25,570 nt of DNA from positions 1 to 25,570 of IMG/VR virus record IMGVR_UViG_3300023214_000226; one strand, given 5' to 3'. This document shows positions 7,221 to 16,911 of the stretch, piece after piece. The stretch comes from a virus (taxonomy: Duplodnaviria > Caudoviricetes). The position numbers and the translations under genes are program-made. The notes beneath the pieces were generated by a model. That model was not told the DNA's origin. It saw nothing but the letters and a program-made list of their open reading frames with translations, and did not search any database. The stretch's first letter is position 1, and each line of letters begins with the position of its first letter.

Positions 7221-7274
7221 CTTCCGTAGATTTTCCCCCTCGGCGGAAGGTGCTTTTCTTTCCATGGTGAGGCC

Positions 7275-7808
7275 GTGGACCGGCTGACGGCGAACCGTCG
7301 TGAGCTCGCCGTGCTGCTGGGCGTCTCGATGCCGACGATCGATAGCTGGGTTACGCGAGGGCTGCCGGTCGTCCAGCGAGGCTCCCGCGGCGTCGCGTGG
7401 CAGTTCGATGTCGCGGACTGCTTCGCCTGGCGGCTCGACTACGAGGTCGCCAAGGCAGCCGCGCAAACGGAAAACGTCTCGCTCGCGGACGCAGAAAGAC
7501 GTAAGCGGGTGGCTGATGCGCGGCTTGCGGAGATCGAGCTTTCCGAGCGGCTGCGCCAGGTAGTGCGCGTCGAGGACACGGCCCGACTCTGGGAGGGTCG
7601 CATTGTTGCCGCCCGCGAGACGCTCCTCCAGACGCCGAAGAGACTCGCCCCGACCCTCGTCGGAGAAGACGACCGGCAGGCGATTGAAGAGACAATTGAA
7701 AGAGAGATCCACCGCGCGCTCGAAGAGCTTGCTGAATGGGAGCCCGACGAGGATCCCGGAGCCAACAGCGACGACTCCGACGCCGACGCCGACGCCGCGC
7801 TCGAGTAG
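7275..7808 (+). CDS. nu1: Terminase small subunit, lambda Nu1-like
   Basis: NRRELAVLLGVSMPTIDSWVTRGLPV...FDVADCFAW winged HTH, coiled coil, acidic tail. Confidence 0.92.
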   Translation: MDRLTANRRELAVLLGVSMPTIDSWVTRGLPVVQRGSRGVAWQFDVADCFAWRLDYEVAKAAAQTENVSLADAERRKRVADARLAEIELSERLRQVVRVEDTARLWEGRIVAARETLLQTPKRLAPTLVGEDDRQAIEETIEREIHRALEELAEWEPDEDPGANSDDSDADADAALE

Positions 7809-9786
7809 TTGGGACGAGCTCGATTTCACTGAGGGCCGCGGCGCGCTGGGTGGTCGTTTGCGAGAGCTGGCGCGCACCTTCCGGCCGCGCCCTCCGCTGC
7901 GTGTAAGCGAATGGGCCGAGCGGTATCGCCGCGTCGAGAGTAACGCGGCGATGCCCGGACGGTGGGTAAACGACCTGGCCCCGTTCCAGGTCGAGCCCAT
8001 GGACGCCTGCGCGGACCCCCACGTCCGCGAAGTAACTCTCGACTGGTGCGCCCAGGCCGGGAAGAGCTCAGGCGTGCTCGGCAACGCGATCGGGTATCAT
8101 GTCCACTACCGGCCTTCGTCGATGATTTACATGGCTCCCAACAAAGACGATGTCGAGGACTTCGTCAAAGAGAAGCTGGAGCCCATCATCGACGAGACGC
8201 CGGTGCTGCGTGCCCTGATCGGCACCCGGCGCGGGTCGCCCCGGTCCTCGACGATCCGGCACAAGCAGTTTCCGGGAGGCTTCTGGCTGGGCGTAGGATC
8301 CAACTCGCCGCGTGGGCTTCGCGGCCGGTCGGCGCCCATCATCATCGAGGACGAGTGCGACGCCTACGTTCCGACAGACGAGGGAGATCCGTCCGAGCTT
8401 CTCTGGCGACGCGCTCGGACGTTCCCGAACAAGCGACGCATCCGTGCGACGACGCCGACGGTCAAGGGGCGCAGCCGCGGCGAAGCGGCGTATCTGCGGT
8501 CCGATCGCAGGCGCTGGTGGGTAGCGTGCCCTCATTGCGGCGCTCAAGACACATACCGGTGGGCGAATTTCCGCATCGGCCGCGATGCCGACGGCGAGAA
8601 GATGGCCGCAGGCTCGTGCATGGTGTGCGAGACGTGCCAAAGCGATATCCACGACCGGCACAAGCGAGGGATGAACGCGGGCGGTCGCTGGATCGCAGAG
8701 CGTCCGTTCCGGGGCCACGCAGGTTTTCACCTGCCGGCGATGGCGCTGCCGTGGATCACGTTCGAGGAGCTCGCCGAAAACTTCCTCCGCGCGGAAGCGG
8801 AAGGCGACCTACAGACCTGGGTCAACACGGATCTCGCCGAGACCTGGGACGAGGGCGGCGCAGCCGTCGAGCCCGACGCGCTGCGCGCGCGCCTGGAGGA
8901 CTACGGGGCACAAGCGCCTGACGGCGTGCTCATGGTCGCGGCCGGGGGGGACACCCAGGACGACCGCATCGAGGTGTCGAGGTGGGGCTACGGGCTCGGC
9001 GGCGAGTCCTGGCTGATCGACCACACGATCCTCTACGGCGACCCCGCCGAGCTTCTCGAGGCTCGTGTCGACACGCGGCTGGACCAGGTGCTGCTCGCAC
9101 CGATCCAGCGCTCGGACGGGGTCACGCTCGCGTGCGCGGGAAGCTGCATCGACGCGCAGGGCCACTATTACGAGGAGGTACTGGCCTACACCCGCAAGCG
9201 CGAGCGGAGAAAGCGCTGCCCGGTAGCGGCCATCCGCGGCGGCAAAGAGTGGACCGCGCCGCTATGGCCCATGCGTGCTGCGAAGAGCAGCAAGAAGAGG
9301 GCGCTGCGCGGCAACGTGTTCACTATCGGCGTCGCGGTCGGGAAGCGGGCATTTTTCCAGCGCGTGGCCCGTCACTTGCCGGAGGGCGCTGCCGGCGCAA
9401 GCGGGTACGTCCACCTGCCGCAGGCCTGGCGCACGCCGCTGGGCGACTTCGTGGAGATGGACGAGGAGTTTTTGGCGCAGCTCGTCTCCGAGCGCGAACG
9501 CATGCAGCGTCGCCGCGGTCAGGTATCACGCTGGTTCGACGAGGTCCATCCTCGCCACGAGGCGCTCGATTGCCGGATCTACGCCGACGCCGCCGTCGCC
9601 TGGCGGGCGCCCGACTGGCGGGCGCTCGAGCGGACGCGGACAGCGCAAGCCGAGGCCGTGCGCGAGCAGGCCACGGAGGCAGAGGAGCAAGCCGCGCAGG
9701 AGATGCCCGCGCCCGCTGCACGGGGGTCAGATCGCGGAGTTCGCAGACCTGGGCGCCGCCGCGGCGGGTGGGTCACGAGGTATTGA
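7729..9786 (+). CDS. Terminase large subunit, lambda gpA family (start uncertain: 7729, 7846 or 7858)
   Basis: PPLRVSEWAE, Walker A-like CAQAGKS, Walker B IIEDECD, CPHC/CETC zinc site, nuclease motifs GGDTQDDRIE and HEALDC. Confidence 0.95.
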   Translation: MLNGSPTRIPEPTATTPTPTPTPRSSSWDELDFTEGRGALGGRLRELARTFRPRPPLRVSEWAERYRRVESNAAMPGRWVNDLAPFQVEPMDACADPHVREVTLDWCAQAGKSSGVLGNAIGYHVHYRPSSMIYMAPNKDDVEDFVKEKLEPIIDETPVLRALIGTRRGSPRSSTIRHKQFPGGFWLGVGSNSPRGLRGRSAPIIIEDECDAYVPTDEGDPSELLWRRARTFPNKRRIRATTPTVKGRSRGEAAYLRSDRRRWWVACPHCGAQDTYRWANFRIGRDADGEKMAAGSCMVCETCQSDIHDRHKRGMNAGGRWIAERPFRGHAGFHLPAMALPWITFEELAENFLRAEAEGDLQTWVNTDLAETWDEGGAAVEPDALRARLEDYGAQAPDGVLMVAAGGDTQDDRIEVSRWGYGLGGESWLIDHTILYGDPAELLEARVDTRLDQVLLAPIQRSDGVTLACAGSCIDAQGHYYEEVLAYTRKRERRKRCPVAAIRGGKEWTAPLWPMRAAKSSKKRALRGNVFTIGVAVGKRAFFQRVARHLPEGAAGASGYVHLPQAWRTPLGDFVEMDEEFLAQLVSERERMQRRRGQVSRWFDEVHPRHEALDCRIYADAAVAWRAPDWRALERTRTAQAEAVREQATEAEEQAAQEMPAPAARGSDRGVRRPGRRRGGWVTRY

Positions 9787-9789
9787 ACG

Positions 9790-10350
9790 ATGCCGCTCCC
9801 CACTCTCACGACCGAGCCCGTCCAGGTCGTCCAGGGGACCGACGTCGCTTGGGAGATCGCAACGCCGGGCACGCCTCCGCCTGCGTGGGTGGTGACGTAC
9901 TACTTTGACGGGCCGGGCGAGTTCGAGCTGGTGGGCTCGGATGCCGGCAACGGGCGCCATCGCGTAGAGCTCTCCGCAGCCGCGAGCTCGGCGCTGGCGC
10001 CGGGGACGTACCGCTACCAGGCGCTGGCCATGGACGGCGACGAGACATCTCTGGTGCGTGCGGGGCCGTTGGAGGTCGTCGCCAGTCACGCTGACCAGAC
10101 GCTCACCGGGGACCAGCGCTCGCACGCGGAGGTAATGCTTGAAGCGATCGAGGCTGCGCTCGAAAATCGCGCAACCAAGGATCAGCAGTCGTACACGATT
10201 GAGGGTCGCAGCCTTGAGCGGCTGGACTTCCGGGAGCTCCGCCGCGCTCGCGCGCAGTACCGCGCCGAATTGGAAGCCGAACGCCGTGCAGCCGTATCGG
10301 GCCGCGCGCCGCGCCGTGGCCCGGGCAAAGTGCGCATGGTGCTCTCCTGA
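9790..10350 (+). CDS. Head completion/head-tail joining protein (gpW-like C-terminus, extra N-terminal beta domain)
   Basis: Between terminase and portal; LEAIEAALENRAT...SYTIEGRSLERLDFRELRRAR is gpW-like. Confidence 0.75.
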   Translation: MPLPTLTTEPVQVVQGTDVAWEIATPGTPPPAWVVTYYFDGPGEFELVGSDAGNGRHRVELSAAASSALAPGTYRYQALAMDGDETSLVRAGPLEVVASHADQTLTGDQRSHAEVMLEAIEAALENRATKDQQSYTIEGRSLERLDFRELRRARAQYRAELEAERRAAVSGRAPRRGPGKVRMVLS

Positions 10351-11942
10351 TGGCATGGCGTGATTCCTTTCGGCTGCGCCGGCGTTCACGTCGACGGGCG
10401 CGCCATGCGTCGGTCGGGTCACTTCCGAGTGCGTCGCAGGATCGGGCTCCCCGTGCCCGCAAGATTGAAATGGCGAAGGGGTCTCGGCTGCTGGCTGGGT
10501 GGCCGCTCTCCGGGACCTCCGCCGATGCCGACATCCAGGGCCGGCTGCCGGTGCTGCGAGGACGCGGCCGAGACCTGGCGTGGAACAACCCCTACGGCAG
10601 GCGGTTCCTTCGACTCCTCGAGCAAAACGTAATGGGCCTGGAGGGCCTCGAGCTCGTTTCCGAGCCGCGCGACCCGGACGGGGCGATCGACGTCGCTGCG
10701 AAACGAAAGATCGAGGCCGCCTGGAAGCGCTGGGGCAAGCGTGGTACCTGCACCGTGTGCGGGCGCTTCTCCTGGGCTGGACTGCAAAGGCTCGCTCTGC
10801 GGACCGTCGCGACGGACGGGGAGATCCTTCTCCGCCTGGTCCGTGGGCCGGCCGCGGGAAACGAGTTCGGCTTCGCGCTGCAGGTGATTACTGCTGACGC
10901 GCTTGACGACACGCTGAACGGATACCGCGGGAGCAACGCAATCCGCATGGGCGTCGAGATCGACTCCGTCGGACGTCCCGTGGCTTATCACGTCCTGTCG
11001 GTGCCGCCTGGCGACGTGGGCCTGCCGAGCGCGCGCACAGCGACGCGCCGTGAGCGGATTCCGGCGTCGCAGATCGTGCACGCGGCGGTTTTCGAGCGGG
11101 CCGACCAGTCGCGCGGCGTGACCTGGTTCGTCGGCGCAGGGCGCGACCTGCGGCACCTCGAGGGATACCGCGAGGCGGAGCTGGTCGCGGCGCGGACCGG
11201 CGCGAGCAAGCTCGCCACGCTCTACAGCGAGACTGGAGACGAATACACCGGGAGCGGCGAGGCCGAAGAGTCTGCTGCCGACAGCCCCGACCTCTCTTAT
11301 CTCGAGACCTCGGAGCCGGGCGAGTGGCACACGCTGCCGAAGGGCTGGAGGCTCGAACCGTGGAACCCCCAGCACCCCAACCAGAGTTTCGGGGATTTCA
11401 ACAAGGCCGTCCTCCGCGCCGTCGCTGTTGCCGTGGGCGTGTCCTACAACACGCTGGCGTCCGACCTCGAGGGTGTGAACCTATCGAGCTTGCGAGACGG
11501 CAAGCTCGACGAACGCGAAGGCTACCGACTCCTGCAGGCGTGGGCGGGTGAGGCGATCACAGATCCCGTATTCGGAGCCTGGATCCGAGAGTCTCTTCTC
11601 GCGCGCGCCGTGCTGCTACCCGCGGTCAAGCTCGCCAAGTTCGAAGAGCACCGCTGGCGGCGCCGCGGTTGGAAGTGGATCGACCCGGACAAAGAGCAGA
11701 AGGCGAACGAGCGCCAGCTCCGGCTCGGAACCAAGGCCGTGTCGGACGTGCTCGACGAGCAGGGTCTCAGCCTGACCGACGTCCTCGACACGATCGAGGA
11801 AGAGCGGCGCCAGTATGCCGCGCGCGGCCTCGTCCATCCGGTCGACCGACAGGACGGAGACGCTGGAGGAGCGAATGCGACGAATGAGCCGCCGGAAGGT
11901 GGAGACGCTGCAGACACCGCCTCTGACGCGAACGGCGACTGA
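10350..11942 (+). CDS. Portal protein, lambda family
   Basis: LRGRGRDLAWNNPY, IRMGVEIDSVGRPVAYH, QSRGV, GVSYNTLASDLEGVNLSS, GWKWIDPDKE. Confidence 0.95.
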   Translation: MAWRDSFRLRRRSRRRARHASVGSLPSASQDRAPRARKIEMAKGSRLLAGWPLSGTSADADIQGRLPVLRGRGRDLAWNNPYGRRFLRLLEQNVMGLEGLELVSEPRDPDGAIDVAAKRKIEAAWKRWGKRGTCTVCGRFSWAGLQRLALRTVATDGEILLRLVRGPAAGNEFGFALQVITADALDDTLNGYRGSNAIRMGVEIDSVGRPVAYHVLSVPPGDVGLPSARTATRRERIPASQIVHAAVFERADQSRGVTWFVGAGRDLRHLEGYREAELVAARTGASKLATLYSETGDEYTGSGEAEESAADSPDLSYLETSEPGEWHTLPKGWRLEPWNPQHPNQSFGDFNKAVLRAVAVAVGVSYNTLASDLEGVNLSSLRDGKLDEREGYRLLQAWAGEAITDPVFGAWIRESLLARAVLLPAVKLAKFEEHRWRRRGWKWIDPDKEQKANERQLRLGTKAVSDVLDEQGLSLTDVLDTIEEERRQYAARGLVHPVDRQDGDAGGANATNEPPEGGDAADTASDANGD

Positions 11943-13962
11943 CGTCGGATGGACGCGCGCCGCCGGTGACGACGCCGAAGAGTCGCGCGTGCGGGAGTTC
12001 GCCCTGGCGTCGGAGTTCCAGGTCGAGCGGTTCTTTGGAACCGAGATCCTCGAGGTGTCGTCACGCGCCATCCGCGTCGACCGCGTGGACAACGGCGTCG
12101 CGCCACTCCTGATGGATCACCAGCCGTCCGACCAGGTCGGGCGGATCGAGAGCGTCAGCATCGGAGCCGACCGCGTGGTGCGCGGCCGGGTGCGCTTCGG
12201 AAGAAGCGCGCGGGCTTCGGAGGCGCTCGCTGACGTGGACGACGGGATCCGGACGGCCGTGTCGATCGGCTACCGCGTCCACCGCATGGAGCTCGTGGAG
12301 TCGGATTCGGAAAGTGGGGACACTTTCCGGGTGACGGACTGGGAGCTCTTCGAAGCGTCGCTCGTCAGTGTGCCCGCCGACCCGAGTGTCGGTGTCGGAC
12401 GGGACGCGAGCGACCGCACCACCATCCGGACCGAGGTGGTCCGAACCGAAGAGGGTATCCCGATGCGTGTCCTACACCGCCAGAGTGGCCAGGTGATCGA
12501 GATCGAGGAAAGCGAGTTCGACGCTTCACTCCACCACCGCCTGGCCGAGCCGGCGCCCGAGAACGGGCAGAGCTCGCCCACCTCCGCCACCACAACTCCC
12601 CCGCCGCACGCCGGCGGCACCGTGCGCGCCAGCGAGACGCCCGAGGACGTCGAGCGCCGCGCCCGTGAGAGCGAGCGCGAGCGGATCAGCCACCTGGAGG
12701 AGCTGGGGCGGCAGTACGGGGTCGCGCGCGACCGCGTCGAGAGCGCCGTCCGGGACGGGTGGGGCGTCGAGCGGTTCCTCGGCGAGCTCCGCCTCGATCG
12801 CGCTCGCGAGGGACGGGGGCTCACGCGGCCCGCGACCGAGCTCGACCTCTCGGCCCGGGACGTCCAGACGTTCAGCCTCATGCGCCTGATCCGAGCCATG
12901 ACTCGCCACGCCACCGCGTCGGAGCGAGAGGCCGCCGGTCTCGAGCTCGAGACGTCGCGCACGATCGCCGAGCGCCTGGGCCGGGAGCCGCGCGGCGCCT
13001 TCGTCCCGTACGACGTGCTGTCCCGGAGCGCGTGGGCGCCTCCGGAGCTCCAGCAGCGCGCTCCGGCGGGAGTCGCCCAGCCGAACACGCAGGGCGCGGG
13101 TCTGGTCGGCACCGACCACCTCGCGGGCTCGTTCATCGAGATCTTGCGGAACCGGTCTGCCGTGGTACGCATGGGCGCCACGGTCCTGCCAGGCCTGGTG
13201 GGCGACGTGAGCATCCCGAGGCAGACGGGCAGCGCCTCGGCAGCGTGGGTCGCCGAGAACGCCGGCAGCGGCGACACCCCGATCAACACGGGGAACGTCG
13301 CGCTCACGCCGAAGACCGTCCGCGCTCGCAGCGACGTGACGCGGAAGATGCTCCTGCAGAGCTCGCCAGGCGTCGAGATGCTGGTCCGCATGGACCTGAC
13401 GCGCGTGTCGGGCCTAGCGATCGACGCTGGCGCCCTGAACGGAGCCGGCGCGCCGGCCCCGCTCGGAGTGCTGCAGACCATTGGCGTCGGGTCCGTCACG
13501 ATCGACGCGACGGACGCACTGTCGGAGTTCCGATCGGTGATCGAGTTCGAGAGCGACGTCGCGGCGGCGAACGCGGACGTGGGCGAGCTCGGCTACCTGA
13601 CGACGCCGGAGATGCGCGGCAGGTGGAAGGGTCTGCCGCGCGACGCGGGGTCGGGGATTATGATCTGGACCGGGGGCAACGGCATCCCGGGTCAGAGCAG
13701 CCCCGGCGAGCTCAACGGCTACCCCGCGATGGCCACGAACCAGATCCCGAAGGATCTCGGGGGCGGCAGCGACGCGCACGGAGTCGTGTTCGGCTACTGG
13801 CCGGACCTCCTGATCGGCGAGTGGGGCACGCTCGACCTGCAAATCGACGAGATCACGCTCGCCGACTCGGGGGGTCTGGTGCTGCGGTCGTTCCAGGACG
13901 TCGACACCGCGTTGCGGCACGCCGTCGCATTCTCGGTAGGCTCTCTCAACCCGGCGGCGTAG
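11875..13962 (+). CDS. Fused prohead protease (HK97-type) - scaffold - major capsid protein
   Basis: GGAGGAG SD plus ATG 11875; protease motifs PLLMDH, VSIGY, EASLVSVPADPSVG; capsid motifs FIEILRN, IPRQTG, AAWVAE, LTPKT, FQDVD. Confidence 0.93.
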   Translation: MRRMSRRKVETLQTPPLTRTATDVGWTRAAGDDAEESRVREFALASEFQVERFFGTEILEVSSRAIRVDRVDNGVAPLLMDHQPSDQVGRIESVSIGADRVVRGRVRFGRSARASEALADVDDGIRTAVSIGYRVHRMELVESDSESGDTFRVTDWELFEASLVSVPADPSVGVGRDASDRTTIRTEVVRTEEGIPMRVLHRQSGQVIEIEESEFDASLHHRLAEPAPENGQSSPTSATTTPPPHAGGTVRASETPEDVERRARESERERISHLEELGRQYGVARDRVESAVRDGWGVERFLGELRLDRAREGRGLTRPATELDLSARDVQTFSLMRLIRAMTRHATASEREAAGLELETSRTIAERLGREPRGAFVPYDVLSRSAWAPPELQQRAPAGVAQPNTQGAGLVGTDHLAGSFIEILRNRSAVVRMGATVLPGLVGDVSIPRQTGSASAAWVAENAGSGDTPINTGNVALTPKTVRARSDVTRKMLLQSSPGVEMLVRMDLTRVSGLAIDAGALNGAGAPAPLGVLQTIGVGSVTIDATDALSEFRSVIEFESDVAAANADVGELGYLTTPEMRGRWKGLPRDAGSGIMIWTGGNGIPGQSSPGELNGYPAMATNQIPKDLGGGSDAHGVVFGYWPDLLIGEWGTLDLQIDEITLADSGGLVLRSFQDVDTALRHAVAFSVGSLNPAA

Positions 13963-14003
13963 GCATCGGGCTTGCCCCAGCCTTGACCGCCCTAGCCAAG
14001 AGA

Positions 14004-14039
14004 GCCGGCGGCTCCGGGATCGTGCCCGGCGCCGCCGGC
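14004..14039 (+). promoter_or_regulatory. GC-rich hairpin after the capsid gene (mRNA stabiliser or attenuator)
   Basis: GCCGGCGGC-T-CCGGG / CCCGG-C-GCCGCCGGC; no U-tract. Confidence 0.45.
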
Positions 14040-14057
14040 GCCTCTCGAGGTGAATCC

Positions 14058-14285
14058 ATGGCAGAGACGACCCTCACCGTGAGGCTGCTGCGCGACGTCC
14101 GACTGCGCGACCGGCCGGACGAACCGATCCGCCCCGTCAAGCGCGGGACCAAGGTGTCGCTGCCGCAGTCCATCGCTCGCGAGCTCGTCGTGGGCAACAA
14201 GGCCGCGCTTCTCAACGCCGGCGACGACCAGGGACGCGACCGCGATGCCGACGCCGCAGCGGCGTCCAGCAAGCGCAGCCGGTAG
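14058..14285 (+). CDS. Small post-capsid protein (gpFI-position)
   Basis: GAGGTG SD plus ATG; VRLLRDVR...GTKVSLPQSIARELVVGNKA is typical of short genes following MCP. Confidence 0.75.
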   Translation: MAETTLTVRLLRDVRLRDRPDEPIRPVKRGTKVSLPQSIARELVVGNKAALLNAGDDQGRDRDADAAAASSKRSR

Positions 14286-14303
14286 CGGCGCAGGGGGGCT
14301 AGG

Positions 14304-14633
14304 GTGGCCGTAGAGAGCCCAGAGGATCGGCTCGGCTTTTTCGAGCCGGGCGACTTCGGCTCCGAGGTCGTCCTCACCCCGCCGTCCGGCGGCGGAGCAG
14401 CGCGCGAGATCGTGGCGATCTACGCCACGCGCGGCACGGACCTCGGCGTCGGGCTCGACGCGGAGGTGAGCTCGCACGCGCCGGAACTCGTTGGGCGGGC
14501 TGAGGATCTCCAGGGGGTCACGGCGGCCTGGACCGTCGAGGTCGCCGGTGTCGGGACGTTCCGCGCCGCGGAGCGGCCTGAACGCGACGGCACCGGCATG
14601 GCCCGGCTGCGGCTCTTCCGGGGCGGCCCCTGA
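14304..14633 (+). CDS. Head-tail joining (head closure, gpFII-like) protein
   Basis: FFEPGDFG...ERDGTGMARLRL beta-rich pattern; neck position. Confidence 0.75.
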   Translation: MAVESPEDRLGFFEPGDFGSEVVLTPPSGGGAAREIVAIYATRGTDLGVGLDAEVSSHAPELVGRAEDLQGVTAAWTVEVAGVGTFRAAERPERDGTGMARLRLFRGGP

Positions 14634-14636
14634 GCC

Positions 14637-15218
14637 GTGGCGCATCCCCGGAAGCTCATTCGCGACCAGGTCGTGAGTCTCCTCGAGACCGAGGCCACCA
14701 TCCAGGCGTCCGGGTGGCGGGTGCTGCGCTCGCGCGTCCCGCCCGTAGATCTGGGCGAGTACCCCGACCGCCGTGTGCTCCTGGTGTACGGCATGGGAGA
14801 CGGTGAGCCCGAGCTCCTGGCGGAGGGGCCGCGGACGTGGCGCCGCACAACGCGGATCGAGGTCGGTGTCGTCGTCGATGCGTCGAGCGGTGCGGAAACC
14901 GAGAGCCTCGACGACACGGTCGACGACCTGGCCGAGCTCGCGGAGCGGAGGATCCTGGGACGCCCCGACCACACGTTGGGCGGCCTGATCCACGATCTCC
15001 GCTACGCGGGGACCGACGTGGTCGCGAACGTCGAGGGCGAACGGCCGACGTGGGGCCTTGCTCTCGCTTTCGATGCGGACTTCCTGACGGACCAGACCGG
15101 TGAGATTGTGCCGGCCGACGCAAGTGGTATCGACGTCGACTGGTTTGTGTCAGGCCAGGACCCGGATACCGACGACCCTGGGGCCGAGGACGTGATCGAC
15201 CTCGAGCCTTCCCCTTAG
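14637..15218 (+). CDS. Tail terminator/neck protein (gpU-like)
   Basis: MAHPRKLIRDQVVSLL N-terminus and LDDTVDDLAELAE helix; precedes the sheath genes. Confidence 0.75.
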   Translation: MAHPRKLIRDQVVSLLETEATIQASGWRVLRSRVPPVDLGEYPDRRVLLVYGMGDGEPELLAEGPRTWRRTTRIEVGVVVDASSGAETESLDDTVDDLAELAERRILGRPDHTLGGLIHDLRYAGTDVVANVEGERPTWGLALAFDADFLTDQTGEIVPADASGIDVDWFVSGQDPDTDDPGAEDVIDLEPSP

Positions 15219-15231
15219 CGGAGGATCGCCC

Positions 15232-15426
15232 ATGCCTCTCGATCTCGTGTTCATTCGGCCCGCGGACGGCCGCCGAGTCCGCGACCCGGATACCCGCGTT
15301 CCGCTGCCCAATGCAGGCCGCTTCGTGCGGTGGACCGTGCACTGGCGCCGCGCTGTCGAGGCCGGCGATGTCGTCCTGGCGGACCCGCCCAGCAACGGGG
15401 CGCCCGCTGCGGCAGAGGAGGGATAG
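15232..15426 (+). CDS. DUF2635 / Mu gp38-like protein
   Basis: IRPADGRRVRDP...LP...HWRRAVEAGDV signature directly before the sheath. Confidence 0.85.
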   Translation: MPLDLVFIRPADGRRVRDPDTRVPLPNAGRFVRWTVHWRRAVEAGDVVLADPPSNGAPAAAEEG

Positions 15427-15429
15427 CCC

Positions 15430-16899
15430 GTGACGATCAGCTTCGACGAGATCCCGCTCACCCTCCGGACGCCGGGGACGTACCTCGAGGTCGATCCGAC
15501 GTTCGCGAGCTCGGGTATCGCGCTCGTCCCTCTGCGCGGGGTCCTTCTCGGCCAGCGCCGCAGCTCGGGCGCGGTGGCGGCAGGCGTGCCCACCACGATC
15601 ACGTCTGGTTCCCAGGCTGCGGACGCATTCGGAGTGGGGAGCCAGCTCCACCGGATGGCGCTCGCGTGGCTGGGAGCCAACCCCACCGGCGAGATTCTCG
15701 CCGTGGCGCTCGACGAGGCGGGTGGCGCCGTGCAGGCGACCGGCACGATCGACGTCACCGGGACGCCGACCGGCGGGATCCTCCCGCTCTACATCGGCGG
15801 CGAGCGGCTGCTGGTGTCCAGCGGCGGCGGCACGGCTGCCGCCGTGGCGTCCGCGATCGCGGAGGCCATCACGAACCGGCCGGAGCTGCCGCTCACAGGC
15901 CAGACCAACCCCGGGGACGACCAGCAGGTGATTCTGACGGCGCGCCACGCGGGCGAAGCGGGCAACGCGATCGACGTCCGGACGGCGCACTTGCCCGGGG
16001 AGGTCGTCCCGGCAGGGATCACGGTCACGATCACCGGCCTGGCCGGCGGCGCCGGCAACCCCGACGTCGGCAACGCGCTGACGGCACTGGCGGGCGAAGA
16101 CGTCGACGTGATCGTGCACCCCTATGTCGACGCCGGCAACCTCACCACACTCGAGGCGGAGCTCGAGACGCGGGCGGAGGCCACGCAGGGGATCCCGGGT
16201 GTCGCGATCACCGCCACAACCGGCACCGCCGGAATCCTGGCGAACCTCGGCGACGGAAGGAACAGCCCCTACTCGTGCATCGTGGGGCTCGAGACCATGC
16301 CTGCTGTACCCGAGGAGGTGGCGGCCGCGGTAGGCGGCCTGGTGGCCTTCCACGGCGGCAGTGACCCGGCCAGGCCGTTCCAGACGCTCGAGCTCGACCG
16401 CGTCCTGGCCCCGTCCGTGGAGGATCGCTTCACACTCACGGACCGCGAGCTCCTGCTGCACGACGGAATCTCGACGCTCGAGGCGACACGGGATGGCCGC
16501 GTGCTGATCGAGCGCCTGATCACGACGTACCAGGAGACGCCGCAGGGGTCGCCGGACGAGGCGTTCCTGAATCTGAACACGATGCTGCTGCTCAAGCTCA
16601 CGCGGCGCAGCTTCGCCGCGCACATGCACCAGAAGTTCCCGCGCGCGAAGGTGAAGGACGACGGTGAGAACGCAACGCCTGGCGTGGCGACGCTCACGCC
16701 CCAGGTCGCCAAGGCCGAAGCGCGCGCGTGGTACGGGGACCTCATGGACCTCGGGCTCGTCGAAGACCCAGAGGGCTTCCTGGCGAACTCGCAGTTCCTG
16801 CGCGACCCGCAGGACCCCGACCGCCTCAACGTCCGTCTCGCGCCGAACTACGTCAACCAACTCCGCATCGTCGCGGTCAAGCTCAGCTTCCGCAACTAG
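15430..16899 (+). CDS. Tail sheath protein, Mu gpL-like
   Basis: MTISFDEIP...RTPGTYLEVD, FGVGSQLHRM, DPARPFQTLEL, LLHDGIST, IERLITTYQ, VNQLRI. Confidence 0.95.
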   Translation: MTISFDEIPLTLRTPGTYLEVDPTFASSGIALVPLRGVLLGQRRSSGAVAAGVPTTITSGSQAADAFGVGSQLHRMALAWLGANPTGEILAVALDEAGGAVQATGTIDVTGTPTGGILPLYIGGERLLVSSGGGTAAAVASAIAEAITNRPELPLTGQTNPGDDQQVILTARHAGEAGNAIDVRTAHLPGEVVPAGITVTITGLAGGAGNPDVGNALTALAGEDVDVIVHPYVDAGNLTTLEAELETRAEATQGIPGVAITATTGTAGILANLGDGRNSPYSCIVGLETMPAVPEEVAAAVGGLVAFHGGSDPARPFQTLELDRVLAPSVEDRFTLTDRELLLHDGISTLEATRDGRVLIERLITTYQETPQGSPDEAFLNLNTMLLLKLTRRSFAAHMHQKFPRAKVKDDGENATPGVATLTPQVAKAEARAWYGDLMDLGLVEDPEGFLANSQFLRDPQDPDRLNVRLAPNYVNQLRIVAVKLSFRN

Positions 16900-16911
16900 A
16901 GGAGGTGCGCC

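Noticed and set aside
6591-8084. Long minus-strand ORFs opposite the late genes (also 14656..17049, 12270..13499, 18561..20015, 21838..23040)
   Set aside because: Shadow ORFs expected in high-GC DNA; they overlap well-supported plus-strand genes and show no recognisable motifs
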